The notes under the pieces are model-generated. The model ran no database searches, was not told the origin of the DNA, and saw nothing but the letters and a program-made list of their open reading frames with translations. A stretch of 64,000 nt of DNA from Psilocybe cubensis (Eukaryota): positions 2,914,001 through 2,978,000 of the forward strand of contig CM039006.1 of NCBI GenBank assembly GCA_017499595.2. The letters are read 5' to 3'. Position numbers and translations under genes: made by a program. This document shows, piece by piece, positions 15,281-27,224 of the stretch (the first letter of the stretch is position 1; each line of letters starts with the position of its first letter).

Positions 15281-15641
15281 TAGCTATTTTCATATCGATA
15301 GACCTATTCCCTAAATTTACACATACACGGACAACGAATTTTATTAAGCGGAACATAAAATTTGAAGACGGCAAAATCACGGAAACTCGCAAAATCGTCA
15401 ATGAGTATTTACAAAAAGTTGAGCTATGAGAACGAATGTCGATACCACCACATTATCAGCACGCCTAAAGCCATTCCCTTCTCAAACTGAAAGGCATGTC
15501 GACGCTTTGCTGCCAGATCGTACCATAGTTTGACATAAACTCAACATCGGAGCATTCCTTATGTAACTCGGTTACGCAAAAATTCAAGGCCGACTGTATG
15601 AATATATTTTGAGGTTGGGCCTATCGATATGAAAATAGCTG
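15281..15641. mobile_element. MITE / non-autonomous Tc1-mariner-like element, about 361 bp, TA target duplication
   Basis: Left end TA|tagctattttcatatcgatagacctattccctaaa is the inverted repeat of right end gggcctatcgatatgaaaatagctg|TA; weaker similarity extends about 50 bp inward; no coding capacity. Confidence 0.75.
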
Positions 15642-16302
15642 TAATGTCTCTCCACACGCGCACATATGACAGACAATGACCTACCTGCAAATTTCATGGC
15701 CTCCTGTTGAAATCGGAGCTGCTTTATACACATATACAGGACTGTAGATCAAAATTGAGCGCCTATAGTACTGCGTCATAAACCACTGTTACATTCAAAA
15801 AACAAGACGCGCTCCCACTCCATCTGGCTTCAGGTGAGGGTGGTTCGCCGGATGACGGCATATTTAGAAGTCATGCATCCTGAGAAAACTACAATCAGAT
15901 AAATCAAAACCGCCGATGCCAGCTCTGTTGACAGTAGCAATGCAAAATGATCACACCAGACACACATATTCATGGAAGAAACAGGTAATCCAGAGGATTC
16001 ATCCTGGCTTCTTATCTCTCTCCGAAGAGGATTTAGCTCGTTTAATTGTTTAAAGGCGTGTGGTCATTAACTTACAGGTTAAGGAGCCTAAATTTGGATT
16101 AAGTAGCTGTCAACAATGAGGCGACGGGAATAACCTGCCACTGGATTCTGGAATGATCCGTCCTCGTTCCATTGGTTGCACTTGTTTGTTCGCAAAGGTA
16201 TAAAATTCACGACGTCAACGAAGTTGTTGTTCTTGCTCGCTCCCACCGTTTCGCCCCCACGTTCTTTGTCACTCACGATTCGTTCTCTCTGACGACCTCA
16301 AG

Positions 16303-17221
16303 ATGTTCTCCAAGCTTAGGTGAGTAGCTTTTCCAGATGTTGTAGCTCTACTCAGCGCTCACGCGATCTTTTGCGTTTTGAAAATACCAGCCTCCTTACC
16401 CTTGTATCCCCACTTGTATCCGCGCTTACGCTAAACGTTCCAACTGGTGTAACTTCTGGAGGACATGTTACTATCACCTGGACCACTGATAGTAACGACC
16501 CGTAAGTCAATGTTGTTAGAACGTTGATCGGCATTAGCGTACTAAATTTGGACGTTCCTTTAGTTCGACTTTCACATTAGAACTCAACAAGGAAGAATTC
16601 AACAAGGCGTTGGCCATTGCCAACAACGTAGCCACTAGTGCCGGGACTCTCGATGTGACCCTTCCTCCCGTTCCTAATGGGTGAGTACAACATGGTCTGG
16701 CAATTATACAGTACTGGCCTTATGTGCTGATCGCGCGTGTAGTGACGGCTACACACTTCAAGCAGTCAATATTACCAACATAAATGACGTTTTCGCTACC
16801 AGCGGATCCTTCTCAATAGCGGCTGCACCATCCTCGTGCGTTTCATGAGTTCTCTAAGATGTGATGTACATGTGTTAATCTTTCCACAATTAATAGTTCC
16901 AAAGGTGCTTCTGGAACTGGAGCTGGTTCAGCCACTAAAGGCTCCGGGTCTGCTGGCGCGACTGGTACTTCTCCTGCCTCCTCAAACCCTACTGGGTCCG
17001 CTGCCGCGACTGGTACTGACTCTGGCTCGGCTGCAAACGCGACCTCAACAAGTCCTTCCGGCTCTTCCGGCGGTAGTGCCTCTGCCTCTGGTACCTCTAG
17101 CTCTGCAGGTACGAATCCATCCACATCTGCAGCTCACGCCACTCGCCTTGGTGGTAACCCAGCTGCATTTGCTGCGGTGCTAGTATCTGTTGCCGCTGGA
17201 GCTGCTATGATCGCTCTTTAA
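16303..17221 (+). CDS. Ser/Thr-rich GPI-anchored cell-wall protein (Kre9/Knh1-like N-terminal domain), 5 exons
   Basis: MFSKLSLLTLVSPLVSA (signal peptide) LTLNVPTGVTSGGHVTITWTTDSNDP / STFTLELNKEEFNKALAIANNVATSAGTLDVTLPPVPN / DGYTLQAVNITNINDVFATSGSFSI, then a S/G/T/A-rich linker and hydrophobic tail AAFAAVLVSVAAGAAMIAL*; four canonical GT-AG introns. Confidence 0.9.
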
Positions 17222-17919
17222 AAGGTTACCTAGTATTCTTCTTGACGTCACATTGGCCGCATTTTTTGTTGTATTGTGATTGTATTTACGAACATTTGTA
17301 TACCCTTTGATTACCATTGACATTTTGCTCAGTTAAATACGTGTTTTATACGTGTTTTAATTTCGGACGCGTTTCGAAATTTATAGCATCATGCGTGAGG
17401 GGTAGGTATTGCGAGCTAGCCATCCATTACTGCCTCTAAACATGAGGTTTACATGCGGTGCATTCCATCTTGGGAAGTTCCGCGCTTGTTTAATCTTTCG
17501 TAATGAACTCTTCCATGGGCGAAACCTTTCTGTAGTAGTAATCTATAACGATGGAAACAAAACGTATGGTAGATTGCGGAGCTGGAACGTTTATCGAAAT
17601 TCTCTTAGTCTCGGGGAATAATAGGACCAAACCTCACATTTTTCTGATCTGCAGCCTAGTGGACTCGAAGGGTACATTCTTACAAGTCATATAACGAAAC
17701 GTTATGGAGACTTGTCGGGAGACCTGATGTTGGAATACCTAATGTGGTGAATATAGTGATGGAGCGTGTTAATATCGTCGTGTCGATTAAACATGAGCTC
17801 GAAGTAGCTGTGTTGGATGAATTGGAATTTGTCGTGGCAGCTGTGACACAAGTGAGAGGGGAATGAGAGGGGAACCGCTGGCCGTGGGAGAAAGGGAGCC
17901 AGTCCGTGGAAAGTTTGAT

Positions 17920-18330
17920 GGGGACCAAAGAAGTAGCGTCGCATACACGAGAGCAATCCTCTACGGGACACTACACAATGGATGTTCGCTAATTTGACTG
18001 TCGCACTCTATAGCTTTCGTCAGAACGGCTCTCATTTCCTGAATAAAAAAAGTACAGTATTCTGGTCCATCTTCCAAGTCAGTTTTAGTGAATCCTTCCT
18101 CAAGACAAGCCAACGTACAATCTCAGCAGTTACTCCGTTTGGAGCGGTAACAGGGTTGGCTAACGTTCGAATATCAGGTCCATCAACGTCCCTGATCTTA
18201 GTGATCTGTGGACGAGTTGCAATGATGGACGTGATACTTTAAACATCCAACGAAAGTATATGCACCCACTGTAACTTCGTTAATCGGCAACGGACCTACA
18301 CCACTGTTATTGTTCTGGAAAACGCTGATC
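17920..18330 (-). pseudogene. Degenerate WSC (carbohydrate-binding) domain gene
   Basis: Fragments VGAYTFVGCL / DVDGPDIRTLANPVTAPNGVTAE-(1-nt frameshift)-CTLACLEEGFTKTDLEDGPEY / CDSQI...VEDCSRVCDA match WSC cysteine spacing; frameshifts and substitutions are present. Confidence 0.55.
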
Positions 18331-19060
18331 ACCAAATTTCCATCACAAGTAAGGGTGTGGTCTCCACTACAAGTAAAGCTGCATGTAGAATAACGCTTCA
18401 TCCACCGTGTGAGCTGTACCTTGACCTGATCATTAGCGTGCATTCAACTCACTTGCACGAAAGACTATCATCTCCTTCAGGAATCTGTCAAACACGCCAT
18501 GATGGTGGACGTAGGGCGCGCTTCCAGAAGGTATAACAAGTATAGATACACTCCTCAAATCATCAGGATTTCTGCTGCTCAGAATATAATTACATTTCGA
18601 ATCTGTGCAGACTTGAACAATGTCAAATCACCATAGATTGGGTGGGAAATTAAATTTTGTGGTACTGTCATATAATACAGATGGAATGTAGTGAATGATT
18701 TGTATTCCACGAGTGACGTCAATACACGTCCTTGTCTCTAAACATAATTGAAGCATTAAAGGTTGTACCACTTCTTCATCAAGCCCATCATGTAGTGTCA
18801 CTACTGACCTTATCCGGCATATAGGCTGGTATGCGTAGTTGGTCCATGAGTGGGGGATTGCTTCAAAAACGATTTGATCCGGAAATCGGTATTAGGAAGC
18901 ATAAGTATCAGCATCTTGATTCTGATTCACCGTGGTTAAATTCTGTTTCCTGACCGGAAACGCCATTGCTAAAGTTGGATAGGTTATAACTATTTTGAAT
19001 CGAACGTTACTGGAGAAATAAAAGGCCTTGGAACGTCGTGTTGAAGAGCATGATCCCTCA

Positions 19061-20703
19061 ATGTCGCTCCCTACAGACGCTCCCCAGCTCTCTGTGGATC
19101 AAATTGCTCACGTTCTGCGTCTTGTGCAGATAACCAAATATGCCAGAGGTATAAGATTACAGAAGATTTACCAAGCACATCGAGCACTGATGGTCTCAAT
19201 ACATTTAGTGGCAACCAGCTCTATTGTCATATACGAGTGGGGTAAGTAAAATCTGTCATATATTCAAAGAAAATACCCATAATTCCTTGTCTAGCAATAA
19301 ATCTGGATCAAGAGGCAAGGCGTAAGGTCACTTGAATTATTTGGAAAGTAAGACTGATCTTCCGAGACTGTAACAGGTGGCGTATTTCTGGGTGATTATT
19401 TTACCTCTATGTTGAATGTCGAACGGACTCACTCATCTTGCTTTTAAAATCTAGAACAAACGACGTAGCTTTGTGAAGACCTTGTTTTTGCTTGTAGGTT
19501 GCTACACGATACTCGATAGGTCGCGTTTTATTCACTTCAGTCCAAGATCCGCTATTATGCTATTGCAGCGGTAATGTATGATTTGATCCTCAAATTTTAG
19601 AATAAACCAAGCTGAACGTCTGTCCAGATTCAACATATTTGGTAAAACTTGTACCTATCGATGCGGCGTTATTTCTCACTTGACATACCAGGTTTCTTCT
19701 ATCCGAAAGTAGACGAAAAAGTATGTCAGAACACATATATCTGGGTACCGCTAAAACTACTTTGCAGTTGTCGGTAATCATGCTACTGATGATACCAAAC
19801 ATTCTAACCTCTTTTTGATAGCTGTACGTATGCTTTCCTGTGCCCTGTTTCAACATGACCATTAAATCTCTGACTAATTAGAATATTATAAAGGTATTGG
19901 ACTTATGTACTGGCAAGGAGTAACCGGAATCTTCGAGTTTGTTCTCACAGAAGGTGGGTCAAATTGGTCATCCTCATTCATAACTAACGCAATGTCTATC
20001 GCCTCAGCCATTTTGCAAGTTCGAGTCTATGCTTTATTTGCAAAGAGTCGTAGACTCTTGCGATATATGGTTCCTTTGTCAGTATTGTGTGCCGCGGCAT
20101 CTGCTGTCATAATATTCAAAGATGTGATCCAGGAAATAAGAGGTAACATTCCTTTGATCCATTGTTTGCTAATGATGGCTCATCATCATTACATTAGACA
20201 AAGCAGTTAAAGCGATATCCATTCCAGGAGGGACATTTTGCTCTGTATTAAAGGTTCCTACCTTCCTATATAGTATATGGATACCTCCGTTGGTATTTGA
20301 ATGCTTCCTGTGCGTCCTGGCAACCAGGAGAGCATATCAAAACTTTGAGCCCCAAGCGTCATTTCATAAAACCGGTGTTCGCATTGTTCATGTCTTATTG
20401 AGAGACTCGTTGTTCTATTTCTTTGCGTAAGTTTCTCTGACATACGGAAAGATAATTACCTGTATTAATCAACTGTAGAATTGGGATCACCTATCTAGCA
20501 TGTATAGGAATGATTTCAATGGATCCCGTGAGTTTATCATAATTTTGCCCTAGCCGCGGTGGTTTACTCTTCCGTAGGAACTATTTGACGTCCCACTGGG
20601 GCTGTTGTTCGCAATATCCACCACACTGTGCAGTCGTATAGTCCTCAACGTTTACAGCGCCCTTCCGGATCAGCAGCTTGATAGGAGTCTGCAGTACCAA
20701 TAA
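19061..20703 (+). CDS. 7TM GPCR-like membrane protein, DUF6533 family, copy 3
   Basis: MSLPTDAPQL...LVQITKYAR / VATSSIVIYEW / INLDQE (GC donor) / VAYFW / NKRRSFVKTLFLL / IRYYAIAAV / FCIGLMYWQ / ILQVRVYALF / GTFC..WIPPLVFECFLC..LLRDSLFYF / FDVPLGLLFAISTTLCSRIVLNV, TAA at 20701-20703. Confidence 0.88.
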
Positions 20704-21602
20704 ACCAGCACAACTTCTATATGCGTAGAACTTGAGAACATAGGGTTACATGGATGACAAATTTGTTCAGACAGGTGAATTGCGTCGAGTGGTAGATGTT
20801 GAACCTTGCGCAAGACCACAGATTACTATTCAATATTAAATATTCAATCGTAATTCTCGGACATCCCAATTTGGTTTGCCCATGTCTTTTGTTGCGTTCT
20901 ACCTCTTGCCCATTTCGCAGGTTCGACACTCTCGCCTCTAAAGTAAAAATCAAACAGGGTATCTCCCTTTTCCTAACTCTCCTAAAACCTTCGGCGGGCC
21001 CATTACCTTGAGGAGAGTGTGGGACATGTTCTCAAGACCGTGTCAGGCACCACAATTATCGATGCTTTTGAACGAGAAATTTTTTGAACTGATGGCATGG
21101 AATGATCTTCTTCACGATTTGACTACCATCTCCTCATAGCTTTGCGTTACTAGGGAGATCGAGATGATTCATCTTTGAAGCGCCACAAAGTGATGCTTCG
21201 AATGCGGATGTAACATGTGATGGACATCGTTCTTGATTTTCTATGATGCAGCTCTTCGCATATGTGATGATGGCAGAAAATATTGTGGTAAACAAATTAC
21301 CTTTAATACGTTGATAATATTTCTAGTAAGATTGGGTACCTCAATCTCTCCAAGAGTCCAGTAAGGATGTGGTGGCAGCTACATGCATTATTTCAAGTTC
21401 ATTTCTTTACACACTTTTGCACATGCAGGAAATGGGCAAGACTATGATCAAAATTGTTTGGTGATGTCGCCATTCCCAACAGGGGGACAAGGATTGATGG
21501 CTGCTGATCAGTGGCCTGTAATTATAAAGGATGTGATACTCGTACTACTGACAGACCATAGCTTTATATCCCACTCTGCTTTTACAGATACTGTGTTCAA
21601 GA

Positions 21603-23309
21603 ATGCCGACCATTATGACCATCATGGATACCTCCAGTGTTCTCGAGCAAACCAAAGTTCACGCCATATACATTGCACAGGTCACTAGATACGCTAGGCG
21701 TATGCGGATCCAGTTTCCGTTCTTACTCTCCATTTCGCTCATATACTTGTTTGGTCGCAGTGTCATCTACCTGTATCATTATTTATGATTACTGTGAGTT
21801 AGCCAACGTTTACGAGTAACCATTACTGCAATGGTCTTACCCTTTTATAGTGTTAACCATTGATATAGAGGTACATATCAGTAGTTTCTATGTTTGCGTG
21901 CATTTCAGCTGAGTGTCTGTTGTGCTGACAATGTCAATCTAGCTATCCTTTTTACGGGTAAGCAACATTTCAGTTCGGATCGGGGATGTTGATATTTTCT
22001 AATACTGTAGCGTATCAAAGAAAAATCGATGGAGCTTTGCAAAGGCCCTTTTTCTCTTTGTAAGCACCTCTTTGTTATCCTAGATGCGATGCTTATAGTT
22101 GGACTAGAATCGTTACTACTTCATTGCAGCATGCATGTGTGTCGGAATATCGGCGTACAAGTGACACATTTATAATTAGGTTTCTCTAGATTCACCGTTT
22201 TTGGTAACGCCCTCAAACGTAGCTGGTTATGCTGGCTTTCATTGACCTACCACTCGGTTAGCTTTTTTTTATCCCCATGTAAACGATCAGGTTTGTCCCC
22301 GCACGCTTCAATTCTTTGCAGAGCATTACTCGACCTTCCATGCAGTTGTATGTTATTGTGTCATTATTCTGCGTCCGCAAAACTTCCTGACAATGTACTA
22401 TTATCATACGTAGCTGTGAGTAGTACTCACCTACCTACTTGCCATACACTTGATCTGAGACTTGGTGTTTCCTTATCACAGGCACAGTCTTAATGGAATG
22501 GCAAAGTTGGACAGGAATAATTGGCATTGTTACTACACAAGGTTTGCTAGGCAACTTCTATCATTCATTTAGAGCTGAATAGTTGTCATCACTCCAGCAA
22601 TTCTCCAGCTTCGACTGTATGCGCTGTTTTCACAAAGTCGCAAGCTGTTGATATACATGGTGCCGATATGGATACTGCCCTTGGTGGCGTCTACGGCTGT
22701 GATTTCCAAAGCTCTGGATCAGGTACAAACACGTAAGTTTATACAAATATTTCGAATTTACCCTTGATATCAATTTGGATGTACAGAGGGGAAGATCCAG
22801 GCAGTTGCAATTCCCTACGATTTTTTTTGTTCTATTCTTGACATCCCAACATACCTATACGGGTTCTGGGTCCCCGCCTTTGCTTTTGAATGCGTCCTAT
22901 GTGTTCTGTCAATTATTCAAGGAATTAAAAATTGTCGCTCAACTCAGGCAAGCTTTTTCTCAACCGAAGTGAGGCTAGCCAATGTACTGGTTCACGACTC
23001 CATTGTTTATTTTCTAGCGTATGTTTCCATATATATGCCAATTTTTATGAAGCTCACACCTGTCTACAAAAGGATCGGACTCACATATCTAGCGTGCATG
23101 GTTGTGTTACTACTCAATATTGTGAGTCGCATTGCAAAACATTTCATGCCTAAAAACTGAGGACATTCAAGGAAGTGTTTGATGTACCCCTGGGGTTTTC
23201 GGTTGCCTTTTCCTCTACCTTGTGCAATCGAATGGTATTGAATGTACATCGACTTGCCTCCGATAATCTCAGCTGGAGAAGTTCTAGAGTTTGCCCCTTG
23301 TCGATGTAA
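21603..23309 (+). CDS. 7TM GPCR-like membrane protein, DUF6533 family, copy 4 (15 exons)
   Basis: MPTIMTIMDT...AQVTRYAR / SSTCIIIYDY / LTIDIE / LSFLR / KNRWSFAKALFLF / NRYYFIAAC / FCTVLMEWQ / ILQLRLYALF / DFFC..FWVPAFAFECVLC..LVHDSIVYF / FDVPLGFSVAFSSTLCNRMVLNV; which of the nearby Met codons is the true start is uncertain. Confidence 0.88.
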
Positions 23310-23947
23310 CCTTAATTACTTGATTGATAGTCTGGGATGAAATTAACACTATATTTATTATCACTGGTCGGCTGATACGGATGTGTTCCTTTGGATACTG
23401 GGTTAGATATACGTCGAGTTAATTTAACATTAACCTTCACCTAAACGTTGAATATAAAGTACCATTCGTGCCTTCACTGGTATCTATAAGGATCGCACTT
23501 CTGACATGATGGCTCCTCAGCGATGCGATTCGTACATTCATGATTCGGAGTAATGACAGGAACCTCTGGTATCTCAGATACTGACAGGGAAAACGGGTCT
23601 AGTCTATCTCCTCACTATGTGACTTCTTCGGCTCGTTTGATGGTATCCCAGTTATCCGTCAAATTTTAGGGCGGTTGAATGCTACATGGTCCTCAGCATC
23701 CGGATAGAGAAAGAAAATTAGTCCTGTTAATTGATGAGGTGGGGAGCAAATGAGGCGCCAGGGAACGCATAGTTCTACTTAATTGCCATCGCCATAACAA
23801 ACAGTAAGCCAATTTTACAAAGGGTTGCATCTAGAAGTTCAATATTAAGGTGAGTAATGTAGAGGCTTGAGACTGTGTCTATTCTTCTCACCCCCGCCAA
23901 CTCACCCACAGTGCTACATAGATATTCCAGCACAGTGATAGCCAGTT

Positions 23948-25641
23948 ATGACTACTGAGCCGCTTGTACTTCCTCCAGAGTTAATGGATAAGCTAGTCCT
24001 TGGCTTAACCATTGTAGATTTGGTGAGATATACAAGACGTTAGCTGCATAACTCACCTGGAATTGTCTGTTTTGTTAACATTTCAACTAGTTCCATCTAT
24101 CTGCATTCTTATATACGACTACCGTACGCTATGTTTCCTCGTTTATGTATAGATCTATAACGACGACTCAATAGTTATCACTTTTGACGAGGAGGTAAGG
24201 AAATCTCCTTCATATTCAGAGATATCTGACCAAATGGGTAATCAGCTATCATTTCTATGGGTAAATAATGGTTTATCCGACTAGCTCAGTTCATGTTTAC
24301 TCTATCCCCCATGGCTTAGAATAGACGCATCACTCTCGTCAAGGTTTTGTTCTTTTTTGCAAGTTTAATTACCAATCAAGTCAACAACAGTAAATATTGA
24401 GCAGCTAACCAAATGCCACCAGAATCGGTACTACTTTCTTGGCGCTGCCTTGTAAGTCACTGTTTGTATTTTATCTGCAACTATGTATACTCAGTGTGGG
24501 CCTGAATTAGCTTTCAGATTTACGGTAAATTGTCTTGGGATACTGCGATACAAATCCAGTTGTATATTCACCAAATTTTCAGTCTTCTTCTCTCCGAATG
24601 TTGATACCAATGTGAGTCAAGCCATTGATACTCAGAAGGATTCAAAAGTTCTCACAAATCTCTCAGTTGTGAGGCTACCCGTTAGATCCTTTTAGTTGCA
24701 TTGTATGCTAATATCAGGAATACCCCACTGACATTCAGCTGTAAGTACCTACACGGGCATGATGACTTGGGAATATCCCACCAAAGGTTCCATAGGTATA
24801 AAAGCTTCTGACTGGCAAAATTGGTCGGGTGTATTGGGAACATTTCTTGCACAAGGTATGTTCCATTTTCTTGTAAATTAAATAGATTTCTTAGAAGTTT
24901 TATACCAATTTATTAGCCATCTTACTTGTTCGACTCTACGCGCTCTATTCAATGAGCCGAAAGCTCATTCTATATATGCTACCTGTGGGCATAATATCAA
25001 TCCTTGCCTCTATATACGTGATGCAGAGTTCATTTGAACTTCTAGACTCCAGTGAGTTTCCATTTCTTTTGGAAGAATTGATTTATAATTTTAGCTTTTT
25101 TGCATTAAAGGAAATGATATTTTTGCCATTGCTCTACCAGGAGGAAACACTTGCTTTGGACGGAATGTACCCTCATACGTATATGTATTTTGGATACCTT
25201 TGCTTGGGTATGACTGTCTCCTATGTGGATTGGCCATTTGGAGGGGCGTTGTGCATTATAAAATTCGTTTGATGGGAGGTACTCAAACGAAGCGATTGAT
25301 TGATATTCTTGTTCAAGACTCTGTCCTATATTTTGCCATGTGAGTTACAAATTGCGCCTAAGGTTTAAAACCAGCTCAAATAATCTCTGACGCAACCGAA
25401 ACATAGAATCGGACTCACATACCTAGTTTGCATGATTGTTTGGATTATAAACCTGGTAAGGCTTTGATGATGATTAGTTAGTGTATAAGTTGATGGGACA
25501 GATGTACAGAATTACTTCAACGTTCCGTTGGGGTTTTCGGCTGCACTTTCGTCTACTCTATGCAACCGTATGATCCTGAAGGTTTATGGCATGTGCGCGA
25601 GTCAGGTCAAGGAAAATAAAGTGAAAAAAGGACAGGCATAG
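23948..25641 (+). CDS. 7TM GPCR-like membrane protein, DUF6533 family, copy 5
   Basis: MTTEPLVLPPELMDKLVLGLTIVDLVRYTR / PSICILIYDY / ITFDEE / LSFLW / NRYYFLGAA / FCIKASDWQ / ILLVRLYALY / GNTC..FWIPLLGYDCLLC..LVQDSVLYF / FNVPLGFSAALSSTLCNRMILKV, TAG ending at 25641. Confidence 0.87.
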
Positions 25642-25889
25642 TCAATGAGTATGGGTACGGCAGTGAAAATCTGCATTGTATGGAACCTGGTTGTTTTGCG
25701 ATGGACATTTTTGAACTTTAATTTTTCTTCTTATCCAAAAGAATGTAGTCTATATTTTGAATGGACCCATACTACATAGTATATAGTTATGTCTTGTGTA
25801 TGTAGCTTGGGAAATTTATGAGAAAGCCAGTACAAGCTGTGGACACGGCGGCGACAAAGGGTTCCGCCACATACAAAACAAGCACAAAC

Positions 25890-26700
25890 ACGATACCAAT
25901 TTTCCTTCCGACCTCTTGAGCTCGTTTAAACACTGGCGCCAATTTATCATGTAAACGACGGAGCCACATTTCTGCACATTCACAACTGCCAGGGCGTCGC
26001 TTTCTCAACATCTCATACAATCCCTCGTGGGTATCCCATCTCAAGCATCGGTCGAACTCATGTCGCGTTTTCAGATGCGAAAATACGCCAGCTGTTTCGG
26101 GTGTCGGGGTATTCGGGTCTGTTGTGTGAGCTTCTGCTCGCAATGTTGATGTTTTCTGTCTACCTGGTGGAAAATGAGTGATGTTAGAGGCATATCATCC
26201 TGTCCAGGTGCGTTGGTACTCTTTGGTGACTGGTATTTTGATACTCATCCAGACGGCATGCTGGATAGGAGCGTTGACGTGTGTCCCATCTGCGTCGGAG
26301 TTATAGTGCCCAACTTCGTGTTCACAGGTTTACAGTGTGTCGTGCTCTATCCATTGGGTCCAACCTGCCGAATGTAACACATTGCCAATCAGCGTCCCTG
26401 GAGGCTACCTAACATGGTACCTATCCCTATTCAATTATCATGGGATGCCAACCTTGCCAACGTAATAATAAAGTCGTCATTCATTTGTTCATTGACTTTG
26501 CAGCGTTCAAGCATTCTACAACGACTGCCTGCGGTGAGAGAAACACGTTGTTTGTGCCAGATTCTCCTGTTGTTTTACGGGTGTCTGAAAAAACAAGCTT
26601 GCTCACCGTCCATTGCAGACCCCTCATTTCATTGGACCCACTATTGTCCGGTAGATCATGGATAGATGCTGCGCGATCAGGTAATAATCCAAATAACCCA
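25890..26700 (-). pseudogene. Degenerate copy A of an unidentified repeated gene or element
   Basis: Nucleotide and translated similarity to 30190-30900 (for example tgtccaggtgcg and ctcatccagacggcatgctggata vs ctcaaccagacggcatgctagata; HLKTRHEF...CEC...LAPVFKRA vs HLKTCSEL...CEC...LGPVFKRA); several in-frame stops. Confidence 0.6.
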
Positions 26701-27224
26701 TCAGAATCATGAATGCCACACACATACCTTGATTCCTACCCACTTCGGGATCAGCTCAGGGCGTGCAGACGTCCTTCCTTTACCCTTCATTCTAGGCAAC
26801 TTAACATCCACTGTAGTGTTTCCCCGCCCCCGCATCCGATCCTTTTTCACTTCTCGGCCCATTCAAGTCCGTGCTGCACGCGTAAACAGTGCGGTCTCTG
26901 AAGTGCCTTGTCTTCTAGCTCACCCTTTACGTACGACAAGTTGCACAGTGAGCATCTGTATAGATCAGAATGCTCTGCGTTGAAGTGTAAGTCCTTTGAT
27001 ATGACTTCCTGGTCGACTTAAAATTGTGGTGTGGACCTGGACTTCAATGTCTCTGGTGTGACAATGAGGGCTTCGTTTTCTTATACGACAAGAAGAGGGA
27101 TGTCTTGGTCCTTTCCTATGTTTCTGCAAAACTACGCTTCCTTGGCTTGCGCATGGTGGCGTTGCACGAGGGCTAGTGATAAATGTTTAAACTTGACTGT
27201 TCCTTTACATTTGCAAACATAAAG

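Noticed and set aside
16836-17183. Leu/Pro-rich and Glu/Ala/Pro-rich ORFs in the ORF track
   Set aside because: Alternative-frame and antisense shadows of the Ser/Thr-rich last exon of the GPI protein gene
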